This document shows positions 53,291 to 64,000 of a stretch of 64,000 nt of DNA, piece after piece. Each line of letters begins with the position of its first letter. The stretch's first letter is position 1. This DNA is from Camelus dromedarius (taxonomy: Eukaryota), in contig NC_087437.1 in assembly GCF_036321535.1 (NCBI RefSeq), positions 25,856,001 through 25,920,000 of the forward strand, read 5' to 3'. The notes under the pieces were generated by a model. The model was given only the letters and a program-made list of their open reading frames with translations, searched no databases and was not told the DNA's origin. The position numbers were made by a program, and so were the translations under genes.

Positions 53291-56200
53291 TGGAGCACTT
53301 GCCGGAAAGGCCCTTGATTGGGGGGGGGGGGGGCTGGATTCCACTCAACCCAGACACTTAACCAGACCAAATAAACGTTTTTTTAGTATAGAAAACGACA
53401 CACACAAAAGTAGAGAATAGTCTCCTGAATCTCCCAGGTTCCCATCTTCAACAATTACGACAACTCATAGTCCCTTTAAATCTATACTTTTATCCATTTC
53501 CTACAGATTTTTGACCCACATTATATGCTGATTTTTAAATCTCTATGAAGTAGAACTCGGGTCTTAGACCCCTTTCCCCCTAAACAGAGTAACAGCATCC
53601 ACTAGTCTTTTTTTTTTTCACCAGAAATGTGAAACAGTACCTAGGGATACTGTGTGGGTGTATCCTTATTTTAGAAAAACCCAACATTTAAAAATAGGTA
53701 CGTCTTCAGGTTACAGAAGGATTCACCATAGGAGTCTCTTAACTAATAATACACGTGAAATTTGAGTCCAGCTTTTCAAGAGGGGTGTAAAGGTGTAAAT
53801 TGCAGCATTTAAGGTGGAAAAGCCTGTAGCTGAGTACTTACTAATAAAAGTGGAGAGCGTGAACCTGGGGGATTTGAGATCTCTGTCTAATCTTTACTCT
53901 GTTTGCAACTGGTCGGGTGTGAGTTTATGGAAATGTTTGGGTCTCAGTTTCAGTTTGTTGTTGTTGTTGTTGTTGTTGTTTTAAAGTAAACTGAATACTA
54001 GATCAGTGATTTCCAGACATTGGAATTCTGTGGATCAGCACAAAAAAATAGGGCTGTCATACACAGTATCTGTTCATTTTACCAAGTAAAACTATATATT
54101 AAAAAAAATGAAAAGCCATACTATTCACTGACACCATTATTTATAAAAAGAAAAACAGCCCCAAACATTGGATGTTGTTGCTTTATGAACAACTTACTGT
54201 GCTGTTATTATTTTATCTTTTTGACTAGTGAAGACATCAACAGGGGCCAGCAGGTCCACAGACCTGTGTGAAAGCCACTTACTAGATCTGTAAGTTCTCC
54301 TTCAGCATGAGATTCTGATTTTGGTATTTATTATGGTATCATTCTCCTAATCATTTCACAATATTGGTAGTTCTCCCCACTGACTTTTTAGACCTAAGAG
54401 TCCTGTTCTTCAAGAGCTGTATTGAGTGGTAAACTCACCAGTTGCAACATTAGTATGTTTACATGATTTGCCGCATTCTTCCTAACAGACATTTAATCTA
54501 GAATTAGAAGTGGCAGGCTTTATGTAAACCTCTAGCTTTCTTGCCTGTTGGTAGTGGTGATTCCGGGGAATCCTTGAATGCCACTACTTGTGTATAAGAA
54601 TCGCCTGGGGAGCTTTTAAAAGTACTGATTCCTGGGCCTGACAGCCTCAGAGAGTGTCAGTTTTCCCCGGGGTGTGGCCCAGCATTGTCTCCTGTTTGGT
54701 CGAGATTGAGAATCACTGACCTAGAGCCATACTGGCTGCTGTACGCAGCCCAGTAGCGTGGTACTGAAGCCTTGAAAAACAAAGATGGTTTTGTAATTCA
54801 GTTGGCTGTCTTAGAGTTCAGGAGTCATGTGGGTATGGCATTAGTCATATAGCTCAAGGGTAACTTTCAGTCCTGGAGACAGCTTCTATCAAGCCACTGG
54901 TAGCAACTCTTAACTATGCTGATACCCAGATAACACATCTTCCACTTCTCAGTTTTTTTCCTTTGGGTCTCTTTCCACCCGCTCACAGTCACATGGACAT
55001 GGAGATTCCTGCTGTGAGCCCAGTGTCTCCCCTACCTTTTGCACCTCATTAAAAAAAAAAGAAAAATTTTATATCAGCAATTTATATTTACTGTAAATGC
55101 TTTGCAGTTCTCTTACCGAAGCAGAAAACATTTTCAGTTTTTTTTCTTTTAAATCTTTAATTAGCAGGGTATCAGTCTCCTTTTATAAAATTTGGGGGAG
55201 TTAGGGAGAAAGTGGTAGAAATTTTGAAGGATTGGGGTTTCTAACATCCTCATCAATAATGGAAACTTAATTTAGGTTTTGTGTGTGAAGGGAGGAAGGG
55301 GAGACATGGGAACTCCTTGCTCTGGAGGGAGAGAGACCTGGTGGCCAGGGCTGAGTGCTTTGTGGGGAACTCTGGTGTTGGACACTTGTTTATAAAGGGG
55401 TGTCTGCAGGTGGTGGGGCAGGGAGGACGAGACCACGTGGCCCCCATCACCAGTCGTTTAGAACAAGTGTATTAAAAAGCCCATCTTTCTGTTTTCTCCC
55501 TCCAAGCCCTACCCTCCCTAAACTTTTCTAAAGTTACAAAGCAGTTTGCTGCATCATATGCTATTTCTGCCTTCTAATATCAATTTTGTCATAGGAGTGC
55601 AGCCTTTTCCGAAGTCTGCTATTAGTGTTAACCAGGTTTATGATCTTTCTATATAAAAGGAAAAGTTTACTTATTTTTTTTTAAATCAATGACTCACAGC
55701 TTAAGGGTAAATATAAGAATAATTTTATAATATATAATATTAATTTTAATTAATATAATAATAATTTTCAGGTTTACTTAATGAAGACAGAAGCTGTTAT
55801 AAAATAAGTAAAATAAAGCCCTGGGCACATAATGTTTTAAAAAGGTTGATTCCTTTCTTTTATAAAGGGTTATAAGCTCCACAGAATCCTCTAGACTTAT
55901 ACCTCCTTTCTAACATTTTTTGTTTTCCTTTCTAACATTTTGAGAGACAGCATTATTGGGGAGTGAGCATTGACCTTTGAGCTAACCACATCCAGGTTTA
56001 AGTCCCAGCTCCATCATTTATTGGCTGTGTTGCCTTATGCAAATTACTTCGCTTATCTGAGCCTCAGATTTGTGATCTGTAAAATGGAGAAGGGAATAAT
56101 GTCCTGAAGGGCTGTTGTGAGGATTAACTGAAAAAAATGCTAATCTAAAGCTCTTCTTGGTCATTTGGCTTGTTAGGTGGACATACTTAGCAAGTTCTAG

Positions 56201-56371
56201 TTCATCCTTTGTAAAGTTATTAATTTGAAAACATATAGGACAGCATAGTTCCTACAGTTTGCAAATTATATATAAACAGTTGATGTATAGAGTTTACCAG
56301 TGAAATAGGCATGTATTTATAGATGCATGAATAAAAAGCTTTTATTATAACTAAAGAAATATTCTTAGTTT

Positions 56372-56461
56372 TTTAAATTTTTTAATGGAGGCACTGGGGA
56401 TTGAACCCAGGACCTTGTATGTGCTAAGCACACACTTTACCACTGGGCTATTCCCTACCCC
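56372..56461 (-). mobile_element. Vic-1-like SINE with 15-bp TSD
   Basis: TSD AAATATTCTTAGTTT at 56357-56371 and 56462-56476. Confidence 0.85.
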
Positions 56462-56519
56462 AAATATTCTTAGTTTCAAAATTCACTTAGTAAATTGAAT
56501 ATGATACTGAAGTACTGAC

Positions 56520-57690
56520 ATCAAAAGAAAAAAATTAGAAAAAGTGGATATCATCAAAATTAAAAACTTTTCTTCATCAAAGGACACTATCAACAGATTG
56601 AAAAGGCAACCCATAGAATGGGAGAAAATATTTGCAAAGCACATACCTGGTAAGGGTTTAAAATCTAGAATATATAAAGAGCTCCTTTAACTCAACAACA
56701 AAAAAACCCAATTCAAAAATGGGCAAAGGACTTGAATAGACATTTCTCTAAATGGCCAACAAGCACATGAAAAGATGATCAACATCACTAATCATCATGG
56801 AAGTGCAAGTCAAAACCACAATGAGGTACAACTTCATGACCTGTTAAGATGGCTATTATCAAAACAAATAGAAAATAACAAGTGTTGGTGAGGATGTAGA
56901 GAAATTGGAACCCTTGTACATTTGCTGGTGGGAGTGTAAAATAATAGAGCTGCTATAGAAAACAATATGGAGGTGCCTCAAAAAATTAAACATAGAATTG
57001 CCATATGATCCAGCAATTTCAATTCTGGGCATATACACAATAACTGAAAGCAGGGACTTGTGTAGATGTTTATACACTAATGTTCTTAGCATTTTTCACT
57101 AGAGTCAAGAGGTGGAAGCAACCCAAGTGTTCATCAACAGATGAACAGATAAACAAAATGTGTTTTATACATACAATAGAATAATATTCAGCCTTAAAAA
57201 GGAATGCAATTCTGACACATGCTACGACAAAATGAACCTTGAAGACATTATGCTAAGTGAAATAAACGTGACACAAAAGGGCAAATATTGAATGATTCAT
57301 TTTATATGAGGGTACCTGAATAGTCAAATTCATAGAGATAGAAAGGTAGTTGCCAAAGTCTATTTTCATGAGACACTACTATAATTTATGGCAGTGTTCA
57401 GTCCTAGTTTCTACTTTCATTCTTAAAGCATTCAGTTTTGCTTTCAATTTTGTGTACCTTAGTTCTGAGTTGGATCTGCAGATGTGTACAGATAGTTCAT
57501 ATTTATGTATTGTACATAATCATGCAGCATTGATGCTATGTTGTATTATGTAAATAATGAAAGCCATGTAGAGAGGGTGGGGATGGTTGCACAACAGTGT
57601 GAATGTACTTCATGCCATTGAATTGTACACTTAAAAATGGTAAAAATGGTAAATTTTATATTATATGTATTTTACCACAACTAAAAAACT
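56520..57690 (+). mobile_element. L1MB-like ORF2 3' end and 3' UTR, interrupted at 57355-57572
   Basis: Typical decayed L1 3' sequence. Confidence 0.8.
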
Positions 57691-59803
57691 TTTTCTAAAT
57701 GTATTTACTGAGGGAATTCAAGGAAGATGGAGGCCACATAGCATCTTTTGCCCCCAACCCCATGAAACTGCTTCTCTGGAAGTTTCTGCTTCCACCTCTT
57801 GACTAGTGAAAAATGCTATGAACATTAGAGTGAACAAGTGTATGGAACCTGCAGGATATACCTTGGCATTCCACCAGGATCTCCGTGGACAGGACAGATG
57901 CAGGCTCTGCCTCTGTGGCATCAAAGGAACCAGCAACAGGAGAAGTTTTGCCTCTCCTGAGGGCTGGCTCCTTCTGGAGGAGGAGGAAGGAGACACTCAG
58001 GAGGCTGGCAGAAAGGGGCTGCCCCCGCTTGCATGCTGCCTCTGTAAAAGGGAAGTTAGCGTGCTAACAGCAGCACTTCAATTTCAGTTCACTGGAAAAG
58101 GGCTTGTTTACCTAATAATGTTTAAGCATATAGTAGGCTCTCTGTTTGGAAGAACCTCGACTTATACCTCCCTCACCCACAAAATTCTGGAGAGTAAGAA
58201 TTTTAATTAAAAAACACTAAAATAGAATGTGTAAGGGTGTGTTTATGTCATTTGGAGGACAGAAGAAACAGTTTTAAGCATGTTAGGAAACTCAGAAGCC
58301 AAGAAGGAAAAGATACATATATGGCTACATGAAAATTGTATGGTAAGAGACATCATGTAAAGTCAGACAATAGCCAAGTCAAAAGTCAAACGTTAGACTA
58401 CCAAAAATGATTTGCTATTCATGGCCAACAGAGGATTAATATCGCTCTTACCCAGAGAGCTGCTATTTCTTTATAAGAAAAACAAATCAGTGTAATAGAG
58501 TGGATAACTTGCAGAACAGAAATTATACGTGGCTGAATAAACACAGGATAAGATGGCCAGCTTTATAAGTGGTCTGAAGAACATAAATTATAATAACCAT
58601 GAGAGTGCCTGTTTCTTCCATCACATCGAGTCAGTGCTACTGAGGATGTGGGGAAGCAGTCCCATTCAAGCAGTGCTGGTGACGACCTGTGATAGTAATC
58701 TGGAAATATCTATTACAATTCAGAATATGCCTGCCGTTTGGCCCGGTACTCTCACTTTGGGGAATCTATGTCATTGAAACTAACCTCCAGTAAATAAATA
58801 TATAGGTATAGGCCTGTTTATTACTGCATGAAGTATAGTGGCCAAAAAACTGGAAATGCTTGAATGTAGTATATCAACAGGGGAATTGTTGACTTAATTA
58901 TGACATACATATACATACAGGATTATTTTGTGGATATTGAAAAGGATGTTAGATATCCATGTATCTAACCTGAAGGGAAAGCTATATTGGTAATCTTTTG
59001 GTAGTACACTGGTAATTTTTAAAAGCTGCAGATTGTTAAATATATTTAGTATGCTTCCATTTTGGTAAAAACAAAAACAAAATGACAAGCTGCCACTCTT
59101 TGATCTATGTTTATCTGAAAGAAAGGTTTAGAAGGACACAGAGCGGGCTGTATGTGTTAACACTGTCTCCTTATGGGTCGGACTCCTCATGCTTTTCATT
59201 TTGTATATCTATCACTTTGACTTCTCACAACAGAAAGTAATTACAGAATTACTTAGTAATTTTTAAAAAATTAATGAAATCAACAACTAAGGGAAAATTA
59301 GCTTGGATTTAAATTTTATTTAATATGTACAGCTTTATCCTATTTCTCAGAATTGACGTGAAGATATGACTTTTGTGGGAAGCAGAGGTGTTGTAGTGTA
59401 AGTTCTGCTAACCTCTTCAGAGCTTCTTAATTTATACTTAATTTTAACATCATGCCAATACTAAAGTCTGTATGTCAGGAGAGCTTTGTTGGAGCTGTAC
59501 ATTCAGAGCTATAGTAACACTTAGAGTTACTATAAGGAATAAAATATAAAATTTCTCTGTAAGCTGCGTGAATCGTTAATGGGTTAGCTTAAGACATTAA
59601 AATGAGGAGAGATTATATTTCAGATCCTAAATGCCTAATGTCAGTTAAAAATACACACAAGATCTTGTTACTTAGAGTTTTGTTCTAGTCGATCTTTAGT
59701 TTAACCATTCACATTAAGATTCATTAATAGTTCCTTTTCATGGTGCAGGGTAAGTGGTTGTTTCTAATTACAGATTCTAAGTATAATCTTATTTCCTTCT
59801 CAG

Positions 59804-60295
59804 GAGACTATTTGGTAGCAATTGAAGAGAAAAACAAAGCTACGTTTCTACGTGCTTATGTGAACTGGAGAAGTAAAAGGACTGAAAACTCCCGAGTGTG
59901 TATCCGAATGGTTGGACATAACGTGGAGGCACCCTTCAGTGAAACCTTCAGGGACCAGATGTCTATTTTGGAGATGCCGCTTTCTGAGACCCCCTTGTGC
60001 ATTTCCTGTTGCCCTGTGAAAGGAGACCTTCTTGTTGGCTGCACAAATAAGTTAGTCTTATTTAGTTTGAAGTATCAGGTGATTAATGAAGAATTCTCAG
60101 TATTGGACTTCGAACGTTCCTTAATTATACACATTGACAGTATCACTCCTGTTGAAATTTCTTTTTGTGTTGGATATGTTGCTGTCATGTCAGACTTAGA
60201 AGTCTTAATCCTAAAACTGGAATCAGACCCCAAAAATGGAGAGAGTGTTACCCACCACCCACGGAAGACCAACAATCCAATGAAACAGGCAGAAG
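59804..60295 (+). CDS. HPS3: HPS3 exon 2 ([22 protein letters not shown]...)
   Basis: CAG acceptor, GTAAAT donor, 492 nt; within ORF 59740..60303. Confidence 0.96.
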
Positions 60296-60859
60296 GTAAA
60301 TAATGAATTTAGCTTACTTCCTTGTTTTAGGTGAAAACTCTACTCTGAAAGGCTCTAGTTTGTGTATTGCCCAGCCACATTATTTATAGATTTAGTTATT
60401 CCTAATACATGGGATTTGGATTTATGATCTTGTTGCCCAGATCTTATTCTGTAGCACGTAAATGTATTTCAGCATCTACTTATCATTAGAAATAGTGAAC
60501 CAGCTGCTGCTAGATGAGGAATTTCTAGTCCCAGTCCTCATCTTTACTAGCTGAATGACCTTAGGTTAGGAATACCAACTCTGAGTTTATTTCCTCGTGT
60601 AAAACGGGGATGATGATAATACCCTGTTGTACTTTATCGATTGTGAGGAATAAATGAGTAACTGCTAAGGCTTTTCAGAACCATAGTGCCTTATAAATAT
60701 GTGAGATGTATGTGTGTATAAATATGTGAGATGTATGTGTGTATAAATAAATAAAATTTCTATATGTCTATTTAATTGGTGGGAGGATGTGAAATCTAAT
60801 TTGTGCTCAAGTAGTACTTAGAGTTAATTAAATAATTTCCTTCAATTTTATTTTTTAAG

Positions 60860-61031
60860 GCATCAGTGATGAAACTTTGCAGCTTGAGCCGGATGATTTT
60901 GTTATCTGCCAGAAGCCCATGGAACTTCTTGGTGAAAAAAGTGAACAGTCTGGAGTATCTGTTACATTGGAATTGACAGGATTAGCTGATGAAAAAATAA
61001 AATATTTCCACGTTCAGCACCTGCTTTATAG
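60860..61031 (+). CDS. HPS3: HPS3 exon 3 ([25 protein letters not shown]...VQHLLY)
   Basis: AG/GTATT boundaries, 172 nt, in frame. Confidence 0.94.
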
Positions 61032-61136
61032 GTATTAGAAAGCTTTTTATTCACTAGGATTTAATATGTATTAATTAATGTGCTTATAAGTACATGAAAA
61101 TTAGATTTCTCCCTCCCTCTCTTTTTAAACTCACAG

Positions 61137-61222
61137 ACGTTTTGCTCCTGATATTTCGTCCTATGTCTTGTCCGATGACATCAAGTTGCATTCACTTCAG
61201 CTGCTGCCCATTTACCAAACAG
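61137..61222 (+). CDS. HPS3: HPS3 exon 4 ([28 protein letters not shown]); gene continues beyond the window
   Basis: CAG/GTCAGT boundaries, 86 nt, after a 105-nt intron. Confidence 0.94.
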
Positions 61223-61789
61223 GTCAGTGTGACAGTGCTGCAGTGCAGTGGGGTGAAAGGCTCCGGCCTGGGAGGGCAGACCCATGTGAGTAGTAGGTTA
61301 GGTTCTTCTCCTGAGTTTCCCTGTGGTCTTGGGTAGGTTCTTAGCGAATAACTGAGCACTAGAAAGGGAAGTCGTGACTGCTCGGAGAAGCCATGCCGAG
61401 GACCTGACTGACAAAACCCATTTCCCTTTTTGCAATAGTCACTGGGCCCCAAAAGGGGAATTGGAGCTGTATTATAGCTGAGGTTCGGTTGGGTTCCAGC
61501 TGGGCTTTTGGCAGAGCTTCTTACGATGATCTTGTGAGCAACGTGGGAAAATGTGTACTGAATGGAAATCCATTTAGAGCAGTGGTTTTCAACCTTGCTG
61601 CACATTGGCCTTACTTGGATGCTTTAAAAATACCGATGCCCCGTCTCTTCATGCTGGAGGTTCTGACTTAATTGGTCAATATGATCGGCCACCAAGATTA
61701 AGAATCACTATTGAGTTTTGTTCTTAACATCTTAAGGTGATGCCTAGGGAGAGATATAAATATTACTCTGATTAAATGTGTGTATAACC

Positions 61790-62670
61790 TTCATTTATTT
61801 TTTTCTTTCTTTTAGTCAACATGTATCACGTACCTGCTCTGTTGGGTATTGTGCTGACCACTAGGGAACCAATGATGAGCAAAAGTAGGCCAAGTCCTTG
61901 CACACATGGCGCTTACTGTCTCTCAGGGGGAGGCAGACGTGAATGGAATAATCCCAAAAAGGAGTGTATATTTACACACTGACAGGGGTGGTCTGTGAGA
62001 AAAGACCCTGGCCTTGAGAGCCTGAAAGGAAGGATCCTGACCTCGCTAAGAGGTCGGGGCAGGCTTCCTGAGAAAGAGGATCTGCAGAGTGAATGGGGGC
62101 TGATCTGGGGATACGGCTGGTGCAGAGGAAGCAGCAAAGATGCCGAGGAGGCAGCTTGTTTGAGGAACTGAGAGAAGCAAGGGAGAGGAGTTGTAACGAG
62201 GCTGGAGACCAGACAGGGCCCACAACCACATTAGAGGGTTAATGCTTTATCCAGTGGCTTCCCACAGCACCCAGAATCCCAAATCTTTTCCATGGCCAGC
62301 ATGACCCTGACTCTGGGCTTATTTTGTCCCACTTGCCCTGCTTACGATTCTCCATCCATGTGGCTTTTCTTTGTTCCTCAGATATGCCAAGTGCACTTGT
62401 CTAAGACCTGTTATTAACTCTTCTCATGCCAAGAACGTACCTCCCTCCGATCTTGCACAACTGGTGCCTTCAGTCATTCAACTCATGGCTCAAATACCAC
62501 CTCACCACTGAGGACTTCTCAGTTTAAACTATTCCCTCTCCACATACTGCAGTTTGTTTAGTCTCTGTCCTAATCCCCTTCACTAGAATGAATGCTGTTA
62601 CTTTGTCTCATGCTCTGTTGTATCCCCAGAACCTGGAGGAGTGACACTTAGTAGGCGCCTGATGGATGTT
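61790..62670. mobile_element. L2 fragments in both orientations (other L2 remnants near 700-1130, 4650-7350, 16500-17270, 36860-37260, 50310-50630)
   Basis: L2 3'-end motifs (TTCATTTATT...; CACTAGAATG...TAGTAGGCGCCT); heavily decayed. Confidence 0.5.
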
Positions 62671-63520
62671 TTAAGGATATTAGGGACAAATGAGGGCATA
62701 GGTAGTGCAATGTGAGCTGAGCCCTGATGGATGAGTAAAACTTTTAGAAGATGGAGATTTTGGTCCAGCACTTGGAACGTGTAAAGTCATCACGTGTGTT
62801 TGGCGATGAGCGAGCACTTCTGTCTGACAAGCGCAAAGATGTGTGTGGAAAGAAGAGGCAGTAAAAACTGGACCAGTTGCTTTGGGCCAATTGTGGAAAG
62901 TGCAGAATGGGACCTTCTTCTGTGGGTGTCCTTGAAGAGTATCAGTCAGAGCTGTATGTTATTAAAAAAACTTTGCTTATGAAAAATTTCAAACACACAG
63001 ACGTAGAAAATATAGTACAGTGTCCCCCATGTTCCTACCACACAGCATCAGCAGTGTTGCCTCATGACCACCCCTGCCCCATGCCAGATTATTTTGATGC
63101 AAATCCCAGAGTTATTATTGCCATTTTACCCATTAATGTTTCAACATGTGTTTCTAAAAGAAAATAATTATTTTATTTAAACCCAGAATACCATGTCACA
63201 TTTTTTTAAATGTCTTGATATCATCAAATATCCAGTCAGTTCAGATTTCTCCAATTATCTGCAAGTTTTTTTCTCTAATCTGTTTTGTTTGAATCAGATT
63301 CCTAGTAAGGTTTATACATTGCAATTGGTTCCTGTGTCTTTTATGTCTCTTTTAATAGGTAGGATCTGCCTTCCTCTCTCTTTCTCTTTTCTTTGCAATT
63401 TAGTTAGCAAGAAACTGGACTATTAATGTGGAATTTGCCACAGTCTGAATTTTGCTGCCTGACTCCCTGCAGTGTCATTTAACATGTTCCTGTATCTGCT
63501 GTATTTCCCTGTCATCTAAA

Positions 63521-63823
63521 GCTGCACTGTTCAGGATGGTAGTCATTTGTCACAAGTTGCTGCTGAGCACTTTGAGATGTGACTAGTCTAAATGGAGATA
63601 TACTATAAATATAAAATTCACACTAGACCTTAAAGATTTAGTACGGCAAAAAAAAAAAGTCTCGTTAATTTTTTTTATTGCTGGTTGAAATGATAACATT
63701 TTGGATATGTTAGATTAATACAACATATTTTTTAAATTTTGCCTGCTTTTTACTTTATAAAAAGTGGTTACTAGAAAACTCTGTATTACGTATGTGGCTC
63801 ACATATTTCTATTGACAGTGCTG
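63521..63823. mobile_element. MER3/MER33-like hAT MITE
   Basis: Terminal CTGCACTGT...ACAGTGCTG and characteristic internal sequence. Confidence 0.6.
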
Positions 63824-64000
63824 ATCTAGATAGGTTTTATCAGATAATGAGATGATGATGGTCATGTTTTTGTTTTTTTTTGGTAACACAAGTAGTGTTG
63901 AGTTCTTTCAGAACGTTGGCTCTTTTTGTGATGTTAAGAAACATTGATAATTGTTACTTACATCTGTTAACGTATTAGAAGTTTCAAAATGTTCTACTTA

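Overview
Mammalian nuclear DNA, most likely a camelid, judged from four tRNA-derived Vic-1-like SINEs. Two genes lie head-to-head about 18 kb apart. HLTF (minus strand) contributes coding exons 1-18 at 34941->1409, with 2066 coding nt in one continuous frame; the gene continues off the left edge. HPS3 (plus strand) contributes coding exons 1-4 at 52843->61222 and continues off the right edge. Each gene has a CpG-island promoter. Introns and the intergenic region are filled with L1, L2, MIR, MaLR/ERV LTR and hAT elements. The most unusual object is an 817-bp retrotransposed insertion (49321-50137) with a 12-bp TSD, AATAAA and a decayed A-tail, carrying one disabled WDFY4-like coding exon with both intronic flanks in antisense orientation. 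It looks like an orphan L1-mediated transduction. Also notable: an orphan housekeeping-type promoter module at ~42.4 kb next to a solo LTR, an unidentified coding-like relic at ~36 kb, a 5'-inverted L1, an mRNA-like filler inside an old L1, and an apparent shift of the HLTF exon 10 acceptor. I found no evidence for a new multi-gene system. Gene and repeat names come from my recall of known sequences, not from database searches.
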